Of a stretch of 64,000 nucleotides of DNA, positions 38,495 to 51,000 are shown one piece after another. The stretch is from NCBI GenBank assembly GCA_965207135.1, contig OZ242272.1, forward strand, positions 2,837,044-2,901,043, given 5' to 3'. The notes beneath the pieces were generated by a model. The model saw only the letters and a program-made list of their open reading frames with translations, was not told where the DNA came from and made no database searches. This DNA is from Chloroflexota bacterium. Its GTDB lineage: Bacteria > Chloroflexota > UBA11872 > VXOZ01. Numbering within the stretch: the stretch's first letter is position 1; each line of letters opens with the position of its first letter. The translations under genes and the position numbers were made by a program.

Positions 38495-39056
38495 GCCGCT
38501 CTTACCTCATCATAAGTAATGAACTATAAGGAATTGATCGTCTCCCTATAGTTGCACGTTCGCTTCATCAGCGCAACCAATTAGACGGAAGGAATCGCTG
38601 AATTACCCCAAACAAGAGCTGATGTCATGCAGTTTAGCCTTAGAGACGTTTGACCGCAGGTTCGCCAGACATGACTTAATGAGGACGATAGAGTAAATTG
38701 AAGATTGCAAAGAGCTAGGGCAATCAAGAGGGGAGTAGTGCAAGGACGCTGCATGATCAAGGACGAACCTGCAGCCAAACGCGATTAGTATAACACGTTT
38801 GTTTTTGTAGGTAAAGTACTTACGGCGTCCTTAGGCTTATTCCCCTCTGATTGTTGAGTACAAAGGTCGGCGGCGGCCAATCCAGGCCGCACCGAGCGCG
38901 GCTCCCGCAACACCGTCTCATGGCGCTGCAGGACGGACAAGAGCGCACGGCGTCTCCTCATTCGTTGACTTCACGCAAATTCGCCACGTAGACTGAAGGC
39001 AGGTGAAGAGTCTGATTCGTTGCTACTACTGTCTTCACGTAGCCCAAAGCTAGGCC

Positions 39057-41687
<2,631 letters not shown>

Positions 41688-41853
41688 CGCACCGAAGCAC
41701 CCGGAATTGGGTGGATCTCGCGAATCAGTGAACGCTTGAGCCCAATTGGCAATTAGCGCGGAGCTTATGCCCTGCCTCTTGACGCAAGCAGGAAACACAG
41801 TCTCGGGCCAAGCGCCTAGGCTCCAGTTCCCAGACGATTGCGGAGGGACTTCT

Positions 41854-42645
41854 GTGATTATCGACGCACACTGCTATCTTGGCCGAAATCCAATCTGGGA
41901 AGCCCAGGGCATGCCTGCCACCATGCACGGCAAAGACATGGTGGCGTACATGGACCGGGGCGGCGTGGAGCGGGCGCTGTGCGCGCCGCCCGGCGTGGGC
42001 GCCGCCGACGACTTTGCCGCCGACCACGAGCGCATTGCGCGGGCCATCGCCGACTATCCCGACCGCATCTACGGCTTTGTACGCGTCAAGCCGCCGCGCG
42101 GCCGGCAAGCCATCGACGAGATGCACTATTGGCTGCAGGAGCGCGGCTTCCACGCCGTGAAATTCAACACAATCGATGCTTCCACCTACGGCGCAGGCAC
42201 CTACACGCTCGCCGACCGCGCGCTGATGGGGCCGGTCTTGGAAGCAATCGCGGCGCTTGAGGTTCCGGTCATGATCCACACGGGCGAGGAGCATGGCCAC
42301 ACGTGCACGCCGGCGCTGGTGGCCGATCTCGCCCTCGACTTTCCCGACATTACCTTCATTATCGCCCACGCGGGCGTGCCGGGATTTCTCCCGGAAGTTA
42401 TCCCCTTCATGCGCAGAGCTGAGAATACGCTCGTCGACCTCGCCGGCGTACTCCGTCCCATCTTTGTGCAGAACCTCGTGGACGCCATTGGCGCCGAGCG
42501 CGTGCTCAACGCCACAAACGCCCCGCATATGCCCATCGAATTCGGCCCCCAACTCATCCAACGCCACTGCCGCAAGCTCACTGCCGCGCAACAAGAGGCC
42601 ATTCTATGGGGGAATGCCACGAGTCTGCTCAGCATAGCTACGTAG
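41854..42645 (+). CDS. Amidohydrolase-2 (PF04909-type) TIM-barrel metal-dependent hydrolase
   Basis: The start is taken at GTG 41854 (VIIDAHCYLG), with a GGAGGG RBS. Conserved His/Asp metal ligands are present (IIDAHCY, HTGEEHGH, IIAHAG). Its 3' end overlaps the convergent helicase gene by 8 nt. Confidence 0.68.
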   Translation: MIIDAHCYLGRNPIWEAQGMPATMHGKDMVAYMDRGGVERALCAPPGVGAADDFAADHERIARAIADYPDRIYGFVRVKPPRGRQAIDEMHYWLQERGFHAVKFNTIDASTYGAGTYTLADRALMGPVLEAIAALEVPVMIHTGEEHGHTCTPALVADLALDFPDITFIIAHAGVPGFLPEVIPFMRRAENTLVDLAGVLRPIFVQNLVDAIGAERVLNATNAPHMPIEFGPQLIQRHCRKLTAAQQEAILWGNATSLLSIAT

Positions 42646-45193
42646 GCGGATACCGCTCCAGAAGGTAAAGAAGGCGTTTATCGTCTACAAGTTCTACGCG
42701 GCTGTCCCGGAACTCTTGCCAAGCACTCTTTGAAAACGTCCCGTTCGTCACGACAACTGCGTTCGTGGCGTCCGGTTTACTGCCAAGCACACCCGCAAGC
42801 TGACGTACAACTGGTACACCAACGACACTTTCACTCTCGGTATGCTTGCACTGGATAAGACGCTTCTCCCGAGCCCCGATTGCCTGTCGCTCTGCGACAA
42901 CGTCTACGCCTCCGTCACGACTATCGCGTGTCTTGTCTGCCCGATAGCCCATTGCCTGATAGAGCCGCGCAACAAGCTCTTCAAACCCAGACGGACTAAG
43001 CTCCCGCAGTCGTTGCTTGTCCCAAGGACCCGACCATCGGGGTGCGCGCGACGCACCCAGTCCCTCGTCAGCTCTATGAGAGTGACCCAAACGCGATCCG
43101 TCATTCCCGCTTTCGCGGGAATCCATCTTCTCTTGGCGAGCGCGCTGTTCCGGCAACGGCAGGCCCATTACCTCAAGCAAGTCTTCTAGTGTGAGCTTTT
43201 CTTCAACCTCGCTCTGGGCTTCACTAGGGTCCTCTACATACGCCTTGAAAAGCGCTTCCTTACCTTGAAGATTCTCGTAGATGCCCTCCTCGACCGTGTC
43301 TATAGTGAAGAGAGACGTATTGAAGACTGTTTTCCCCTGGCCAATGCGCAACACTCGTCCCAACGCCTGCTTGTGCGTCGCTGGGTTCCACCAGTGATCA
43401 AACAGAATGACATGGTTCGCTTTCTGCAGATTCAAGCCCACGCCTCCCGCTTTCAGACCCATCAACAGCACTCGGAAGCTAGAATCGTCCTCAAAGGTCT
43501 TCAGTAATTCTTCGCGCCGCCCGGTGCCCAGCTTGCCATCATAGATATCCAACATCTGGAAGTCACGCTCCAGTCCTTCTTTGAGAGAAGGCAAAGAGAC
43601 CCCTGGGTACTGCGAAAAGATCAGGATTTTATCTTCGGGCGCAATTTCACGGAGGTGCTCTGTCAGGTAATCGGCCTTTGCGCTGCTGCCTGTCTCCGGG
43701 TCGAAATTGCAGAGTTGTTTGAGCTTTTGAAACCGCGCAAAGACATGCACCTTCGTCACGTTCTCTCCCAAGTCGCGTATCTCCTCCTGCGCTTCATTGA
43801 GCGCAGCATTATAGGCAACGCGCTGCTCCGGCGTAAGCCTCAACCATCGCTCTTCTTCAACCACTGGCGGGAGATCAAGCACATCTTCCTGTCGCCGCCG
43901 CAGCATGAGAGGCCGCATGAGTTCCTCCCTTTCTTCAGGTGAGCGCCATTCCCATAGCGCAAGTGCATCAATGCATCTCTTTACGTGTGCTGCCACTGTG
44001 GCGTCTACGGCAACAAGTTTCAGTATGCTCGCAAGGTCATCCGGTTTGTTTTCCAAGGGTGTTGCCGTCAGCGCCCAACAGCGTCTACGCGGTAGGCCTC
44101 GCACCGCCCGCGTTACCCTTGCGTTGGGATTCTTGACCTTGGCGGCTTCATCCAGAATCACGAGCTCGAATTCCGCCAGTTGCTGCACTTTCGGCAAGTC
44201 TTCTCGTAGCGTCTCGTACGACACAACCCAGACGTGCGCTGGCACTTCCCACTGTTGCGCCCGCTGTTCCTTGGTGCCGTCAACCACCTGAACCCGCACT
44301 TCGCGCTGCGCCCATAGATCCCATTCTCGCTGCCAGTTTATGAGCACAGACTTCGGCGCTACCGTCAAGATGCGGATCACACTTGCCTTCCTAAGCAAGA
44401 CACGGGCCGCCACAATCGCCTGCGCCGTCTTGCCTAGACCCATTTCGTCCGCCAGCAACGCGCCGCGCCGTTCTACAAGGAATTCAATGCCTTGAACTTG
44501 ATAAGGCACAAGCTTCTTACCGTCGGGAAACGGGAATACGCTCGTAAAGGTCTTTGGGTCAAGTGGCGGCTGCAAATAGAGCCACAAGAGTTCAAGCACA
44601 TCCGCGATCGAGACGCCCTTTTCCTTTGTCGGCGGCTTCTTCTGCTTTGCGGTGCGCTCGCGGCGGCAGGTTTCGCAAGAACCGCGCGGCAAGCCATGCT
44701 TGCATGCAGTGGCAGCAGCACTCCCCAGCGACGGCAGTAAGGAGGGTTGCTCGGAAGCAGCGTCGTCAGCAGCGGTTCGCCCTACGATTCTCACGTTCTT
44801 GCCGAGCAAGTCAATCATATCGTGTACAGCAGGAAAGGGCATTGTCGTGACAGACTGAAGCAATGCCAGCGCGTCGAAGACCTCCACGTCCGCCTCTATG
44901 CCGACCTCCATAGACAGTACACTCGGCGCGTCAATATGCGCAGGCACCACGTAGGTGCTCACTGCCGCCAAAGCGAGATCATCGCTGCAGTGAGGCTCCG
45001 CCAGCATTGGAACATCTACTGCCTCCGACGAAAGCGGCACAAACTTCTGCAACGTGTGATGAGGGAAAACCTTGTGGATTTCGTTCAAAGCACGAGGCGT
45101 AAGTCCGGTGTCAAGCCGGTCAACCTCAAGCAACTGCGGCAGTGAAAACGGCGCTGCCCGTTTTGCGGCATTGAGGCGAAGTTCTCCCAACAT
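42638..45193 (-). CDS. SNF2-family helicase fused to a C-terminal Mrr-type restriction endonuclease domain, with an N-terminal region of about 200 aa of unknown function
   Basis: SNF2_N motifs LVPYQVQGIEFL, DEMGLGKT, ILDEAAKVKN and LTATPLEN. Helicase-C motifs LLMGLKAGGVGLNLQKANHVILFDHWWNP and QALGRVLRIGQ. The C-terminal 130 aa (FEELVARLYQAMGY...GGVDVVAE...LIQCKHT...VVTNGTFS) are Mrr_cat-like. The N-terminal region contains a possible small Zn-binding cluster CKHGLPRGSCETC. GGGAG RBS. Confidence 0.8.
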   Translation of the reverse strand: MLGELRLNAAKRAAPFSLPQLLEVDRLDTGLTPRALNEIHKVFPHHTLQKFVPLSSEAVDVPMLAEPHCSDDLALAAVSTYVVPAHIDAPSVLSMEVGIEADVEVFDALALLQSVTTMPFPAVHDMIDLLGKNVRIVGRTAADDAASEQPSLLPSLGSAAATACKHGLPRGSCETCRRERTAKQKKPPTKEKGVSIADVLELLWLYLQPPLDPKTFTSVFPFPDGKKLVPYQVQGIEFLVERRGALLADEMGLGKTAQAIVAARVLLRKASVIRILTVAPKSVLINWQREWDLWAQREVRVQVVDGTKEQRAQQWEVPAHVWVVSYETLREDLPKVQQLAEFELVILDEAAKVKNPNARVTRAVRGLPRRRCWALTATPLENKPDDLASILKLVAVDATVAAHVKRCIDALALWEWRSPEEREELMRPLMLRRRQEDVLDLPPVVEEERWLRLTPEQRVAYNAALNEAQEEIRDLGENVTKVHVFARFQKLKQLCNFDPETGSSAKADYLTEHLREIAPEDKILIFSQYPGVSLPSLKEGLERDFQMLDIYDGKLGTGRREELLKTFEDDSSFRVLLMGLKAGGVGLNLQKANHVILFDHWWNPATHKQALGRVLRIGQGKTVFNTSLFTIDTVEEGIYENLQGKEALFKAYVEDPSEAQSEVEEKLTLEDLLEVMGLPLPEQRARQEKMDSRESGNDGSRLGHSHRADEGLGASRAPRWSGPWDKQRLRELSPSGFEELVARLYQAMGYRADKTRDSRDGGVDVVAERQAIGAREKRLIQCKHTESESVVGVPVVRQLAGVLGSKPDATNAVVVTNGTFSKSAWQEFRDSRVELVDDKRLLYLLERYPPT

Positions 45194-45207
45194 GGCAAAT
45201 CTCCCAG

Positions 45208-45756
45208 TTAGCGAAAGCGTTCGTCCTCTATTTGGAGCACGCTCACCGCCTTCTCAATCCGCTCAAACGGCTCAAAGAGGTCAATGCTATCGGCTATATG
45301 ACGAAAAAGCTCTTCTGCTTCACGAATGTCATCCTTGTATTGAGGATCGGCCTCTAGTGAAACGGGTTGGGTTCGTTTCGACTCTACGGTAACGCCGGAC
45401 GAGTCGCTACCGACCGATAGAGTTTCACCGACTCGACGCAGAAAGATGACAGGCCAGTTTGCCGCATCCCGCAGCCCTACGAGAAAGGGTTTGTCGACTA
45501 AGAGAATCTCCGGTTTCACTTCAACCTTATCTAGAAGCGGTCTCCCGATTATGTCAATCCCCACGTGGGGCTCAAGTGAAGCTCCGTAGATCACTCTCTG
45601 CACTTGCGAGATTCTCACCGGTGCCGTTACGCGAAATTCCTGCGGCACGCCCCGTTCATCCGTAATGAGTACCGCCCCCAAACGCCCTCCTTCTTGGTTG
45701 ATAGCAAGCAGTGTGAGGAATCCTATTGCCAGCGCTTGCCCATTCCCGTCAGCCAT
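45208..45756 (-). CDS. Hypothetical protein (182 aa), translationally coupled upstream partner of the SNF2-Mrr gene
   Basis: Strong AAGGAG RBS 7 nt before ATG 45756. Its stop at 45208-45210 lies 14 nt upstream of the SNF2 start codon at 45193. No recognisable domain. Confidence 0.55.
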   Translation of the reverse strand: MADGNGQALAIGFLTLLAINQEGGRLGAVLITDERGVPQEFRVTAPVRISQVQRVIYGASLEPHVGIDIIGRPLLDKVEVKPEILLVDKPFLVGLRDAANWPVIFLRRVGETLSVGSDSSGVTVESKRTQPVSLEADPQYKDDIREAEELFRHIADSIDLFEPFERIEKAVSVLQIEDERFR

Positions 45757-45947
45757 CAGTATTCTCCTTGTAGACGCAAACTGCTACCGTAACGGTAATG
45801 TATTCAGTGACTGGCAAGCAAGAACGCACATATGCTCGCTAGCGAGTCTTGCCAACCGTTGAGTCCGCAGCGTAGCGTAAAGATTGATTTCGGCTTTCGC
45901 CGGCATGACGGCCTAGCTGCTGTCTATCTTCATAGCAACAACGTGGT

Positions 45948-45978
45948 GGGCGCAGGTTGCAAACCTGCGCTACCGGAG
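45948..45978. repeat. Hairpin repeat, family C, copy 2
   Basis: GGGCGCAGGTTGCAAACCTGCGCTACCGGAG lies in the divergent intergenic region between 45756 and 46046. Confidence 0.65.
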
Positions 45979-46045
45979 CAAACCACCTAAAACCCACTTT
46001 CATGGTAATGACGGATTTGTCAGGACGTTTGTAGGAGAGCCAGCC

Positions 46046-47632
46046 ATGACTTCTTCGTATGACGCCATCATCATCGGCGCGGGCCACAACGGACTCGTCA
46101 CGGCCGGCTACCTGGCGCGCGCCGGTTGGAAGGTGCTGGTGTTGGAACGCCGACCCGTCGTCGGCGGGGCCTGTGTGACCGAAGCGGTATTCCCCGGCTA
46201 TCGCGTCTCCACCGCTTCCTACCTGGTAAGCCTGCTCCAGGAAAAAGTGGTGCGCGAACTGGAGCTACCTCGTTACGGTTATAGGTTGTTCCCTAAGGAT
46301 CCCGCGTACTTTGCGCCTTATCCCGACGGCCGCCACATGTTCATGTACCAAGACATGGCGCGCACCTGCCGGGAGATTGCCAAATTCTCAGCCCAAGATG
46401 CCGAGCGCTATCTCAACTACGAGACGTACATCGAGCGCATCGCGAAACTCATCGAACCGCTCTTGCTGCAGCCGCCGCCCCAGTTCCCGCCCCAACGGCT
46501 CAACGACTGGCTCGACCCGCTGCGCGCGGGACGTACGCTGTTAGGTCTCTCTCCGAAACAGTTGGCGGATGCCGTCAAACTCATGACGCGCAGCGTACAG
46601 GCTATTCTGGACGAGTGGTTCGAATCCGACGCTCTCAAAGTCGCCCTTGCCACCGACGGCGTGATCGGCACGAACGGCGGGCCCCGCACACCGGGCACCG
46701 CCTATGTACTTCTGCATCACGTCATGGGCGGCGTCGGCGGGGTGCGCGGCCTTTGGGGTTTTGTCGAGGGCGGCATGGGCGCGATCACCCATGCGCTCGC
46801 GGCCTCGGCGCAAGCCCACGGTGCGCAGATCCTCACAGACGCGCCGGTGGCCAAAGTGAGTACGCGCAACGACAGCGCCACGGGCGTGGTGCTCGCCGAC
46901 GGGTCCGAATACGCGGGTAAAGTTGTCATTTCGAACGCCGACCCCAAACGCACCTTCCTGAATCTTGTCGAGCGGAGCGCCCTGCCGGAGGAGTTCGTTG
47001 TGCAGATCGAGTCCTACCAGTGTGAAGGGTCGTCATTCAAGCTCAACCTCGCCCTGGGCGAGTTGCCGGACTATTCAGCCTTTCCCGGCACAACCCTCGG
47101 ACCGCAACATAAAGGCACGACCCACATCTGTCCCACGATGGAGTATCTGGAGCGGGCGTGGGACGATGCCAAATTCGGCAAGCCATCTGAACGACCACTG
47201 CTGGAGATCACCATTCCAACCGCGTATGATTCTTCGCTCGCGCCCGCCGGCAAACACATAATGGGTGTTTTCGTGCAGTACGCGCCGTACCGGCTGCGAG
47301 GAAGCACGTGGCCGGAGGAGAAAGAGAGCTTTATTCGACGCATCATCGACACCCTTGCCGCGTATGCGCCCAATCTGCCTGGCGCCATCGAGCACGTGCA
47401 CGCCCTCTCTCCGCTGGACCTGGAGCAGGAATACGGGCTCACCGGCGGCAACATATTCCACGGCGAGCTCAGTCTCGACCAGCTCTTCTTCATGCGGCCC
47501 GTGCTGGGTTGGGCGCGTTACGCCACACCGGTCCGCAACCTCTATCTCTGCGGCTCCGGCACCCATCCCGGCGGCGGCGTTACCGGCGCTCCCGGACACA
47601 ACGCGGCCATGGAGCTACTGCGAAAGCAGTAA
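46046..47632 (+). CDS. Phytoene desaturase-family (CrtI-like, COG1233) FAD-dependent oxidoreductase
   Basis: Dinucleotide-binding DAIIIGAGHNGLVTAGYLARAGWKVLVLERR...GGA motif. The size, 528 aa, fits amine-oxidase/phytoene-dehydrogenase-like proteins. Confidence 0.78.
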   Translation: MTSSYDAIIIGAGHNGLVTAGYLARAGWKVLVLERRPVVGGACVTEAVFPGYRVSTASYLVSLLQEKVVRELELPRYGYRLFPKDPAYFAPYPDGRHMFMYQDMARTCREIAKFSAQDAERYLNYETYIERIAKLIEPLLLQPPPQFPPQRLNDWLDPLRAGRTLLGLSPKQLADAVKLMTRSVQAILDEWFESDALKVALATDGVIGTNGGPRTPGTAYVLLHHVMGGVGGVRGLWGFVEGGMGAITHALAASAQAHGAQILTDAPVAKVSTRNDSATGVVLADGSEYAGKVVISNADPKRTFLNLVERSALPEEFVVQIESYQCEGSSFKLNLALGELPDYSAFPGTTLGPQHKGTTHICPTMEYLERAWDDAKFGKPSERPLLEITIPTAYDSSLAPAGKHIMGVFVQYAPYRLRGSTWPEEKESFIRRIIDTLAAYAPNLPGAIEHVHALSPLDLEQEYGLTGGNIFHGELSLDQLFFMRPVLGWARYATPVRNLYLCGSGTHPGGGVTGAPGHNAAMELLRKQ

Positions 47633-48097
47633 TTGCAAGTGCTCTCTATCGCTCCAGTTTCATGCTGAAGGCACGCAGGAATCCTGTTCCTGCCGTCATT
47701 TCAAACGGAGCGCAGTGTGTGAGGTATCAATAGAGTCGGGTATTCATTGACTATGATTGGGTGCAATCGGCCCTGAACACAATCTTGATTCAAGAAGATG
47801 ATCAAACCATTAGACTTGGTCGCCGATTTGGATCGAGTTCTAGCCCAAGACACCGGTGAATCAAGTGAGGCACTAGCCCAGCCTAGGGTGTGAGAGCGGA
47901 GAGACTCAAAAGATAATTCCCTGCTTGCGCGGGCGTGTCAGACAGGATCAAGGCTTCATCTCGAGCAACATGGGCACAGCCGAAGAGACTACCGGCAAAG
48001 TTGTACCCAATAGCCCAAACTGTTACCATGGAAATAGTGTATCTTGGCGTAATTTGCGCTACGGACAGAACTCTAATGTTGAGAGAGGAAACTCACT

Positions 48098-51000
48098 ATG
48101 GCCATAAGCGGTAAAGCATTGCAGCAACGCAACTATGGCAAGTTGCCGGAGATATTACCGCTACCTGACCTGATAGAACTACAAATGCGGTCCTTCCGCT
48201 GGTTTCAAACTGAAGGGCTGCGCGAAGTCTTCGCGGAGATTTCACCAATCGAAGACTTTACCGGCAAGAACTTCGAGTTGAGTTTCGAAGTGCCGGAGAA
48301 CCCCTTCGACAGGCCACCTTACGATGAGAACGAGTGCCGAAAACGCGACCTCACATACCAATCGCCGCTCCGTGTGCGGGCCAAGCTGCTCATAAAGCAG
48401 ACGGGCGAAATCAAAGAGATGACCGTTTTCATGGGCGACTTTCCGCTCATGAGCACGTCCGGCACGTTTATCTATAACGGCACGGAACGTGTGGTGGTGA
48501 GCCAGTTGGTGCGCTCGCCGGGTGTCTACTACACCCGCCGCGAAGACCCGTCCGGCAGCCGGTACCTCTACAGCGCCAAGCTCATTCCCAATCGTGGGGC
48601 ATGGCTGGAGTTCGAGACCAGCGCCAAGGACATTTTGACCGTAAAGGTAGACAAGCGTCGCACCATTCCGGTAACAGCGCTCTTGCGCGCGGTCGGTTAC
48701 GGGTCTGATTCAGAATTGTTCGGCCTCTTCCACGAAGTCGATACGAATGACAGTCACCCCTATATTGCCACCACCATCGGCGGACAGGACGGTGCCCAGC
48801 GGCGCGATCCTTCGGACTCCCACGAGACCGGCTTGCGCGAAGTTTACAAGCGCATTCGGCCCGGCGATCCGGTCACGCTCGATAACGCCAAGAACCTCAT
48901 CGAGTCAACATTCTTTAATAGTCGCCGTTATGACTTGGGCCGTGTGGGACGATACAAGCTTAACAAGCGCTTGCAGATGCCCACGCCGCCTGAAGTACGC
49001 ACGCTCACGCCGGAAGACCTCGTATACATCGTGCGGCGGCTCATCGAGCTCAACAATTCGCAGAATCCCCCGGACGACATCGATCACCTGGGGAACCGGC
49101 GCGTGCGTGCGGTGGGTGAGCTCTTGCAGAACCAGTTTCGCATCGGCCTGCTGCGCATGGAGCGCGTCATCAAGGAACGCATGACGCTCCAGGACCCGGC
49201 AACGGTAACGCCGGCAGCCCTGATCAACACCCGTCCGGTGGTTGCTGCAGTCCGCGAGTTCTTTGGCGGCAGCCAGCTTTCGCAGTTTATGGACCAGACC
49301 AACCCGCTTTCTGAGCTGGGGCACAAGCGCCGCCTCTCGGCCATGGGGCCGGGCGGTCTCTCGCGTGACCGCGCGGGCTTTGACGTGCGCGACGTGCATC
49401 ACTCGCACTATGGCAGAATCTGCCCCATCGAGACTCCCGAAGGCCCGAACATCGGCCTGATCGGCAGTCTGGCCAGCTATGGGCGCGTCAACGATTACGG
49501 TTTTATTGAGACTCCTTATCGGCGGGTATTCAAGTCTCTTACATTTACTGGCGCCGGAGAAAACCTTCTCGGGCATAGGGTAACAAGCGACGTCTACTTC
49601 AAGATTGAGTCCGGGAAGAAAGTCACTGAGAAGAAGATACGCGCTCTTGCAAATCTTGAGCTGGAAGGTACCAAAATTGCCGTCCGTCCCTTTTCAAGCA
49701 CATATGGAGTCGAACCCATTGCACTCTCGCGGGAGGAGGCAAGTGACTCGGTAATTGCGCCGGTCAATGTCTTCCATCGAGTCTCGGATTACTCGGATTA
49801 TATAGAGTTCTACGAGGACCGACCGAAGATTTACGCCGGTCACCGGTTCAAGCAAGGGTTACCAGAAGAGATTAGCTATTTGGATGTGCCCTCTGGCCAC
49901 TATCGACCTGTTCGAAACTCCATAACTTACGGACACGACGGCATTGACCCCAGCGGCCACGCAGCGAGGCAGGACATTGACACAGTCCTCATCTTGGCGG
50001 GAACGAAAGTTACCGAGAAACAGTTGGCAATCCTAAGGGACCTAGAGTTGGCAGGTGTCGAGATTCCCGTCCGTCCCTTTGTCAGCCAGGACGACAACGA
50101 TATCGTCAACTGCTCACGGGAGGAATTGGAAGAATCCGTAATCGCGCCAGCCGGTACCCCGGTCAACGACGCAGGTGAGTTCACAGAAGAACGTATCAAG
50201 GTGTATGACGGATCCGGGTTGCGAAATGACGCCTCAAACCGAGTCAACTATTTAGAGGAGTCCCCCGAGCGTTACCGGCGCGTCTATAACTCAATTGCTG
50301 TTTCACGTGACGGCATTGATCCAATCGGCCACACGGCGAGAAAAGATCTTACCATACGCGTAATCTCGGAGGGGGCTAAGATCACCAAGAAGCAGGTGGC
50401 GATTCTAAGAGACTTGAGGCTGGAAGGAACAAAAATTACCGTCCGTCCCTTTGCCAGCCCAATCGAAGACGATCTCGCCGCAATCTCCCAGGAGGAGTTG
50501 AAAAACTTCAAAGTCACGCCGTCCAATGCACCAATCAACGATATTGGCGAGTTCACAGAAGACCAAATCGAAGTGTATGACGGACGCGGCTTCCGGAAAG
50601 AGGACCCACAGCGGGTCAACTTTTTGGAGGTACCCTCCGGGAAGTACCTTAGTGCTGGAGACGTCTTGGTCTCTATCACCTTCGCAAATGACGGAGTAGA
50701 CCTCCGCGGACACGTGGCTGCACGAGAATTCAGGAAGCTCCTTATAGCAGAGGAAGCCAAGATCACCGAGCGAGAAGTAACACTTCTTAAGAAGGCACTG
50801 ATGAATGGTGCAGAAGTTCCATTACGTCCGTTTGCAAGCATGGATGCCGACCGTGTTACCTACCTCTCCAAAGATGTGCACGGTGTCTCCTATCTCTCCG
50901 CCGATGAGGAAGACCTGTACATCGTTTCCCAGGCAAATGCCCGCGTGAACGATGTGGGTGAGTTTGTGGAGGACCGTGTCGCCTGCCGTGCAGGCGGGCA

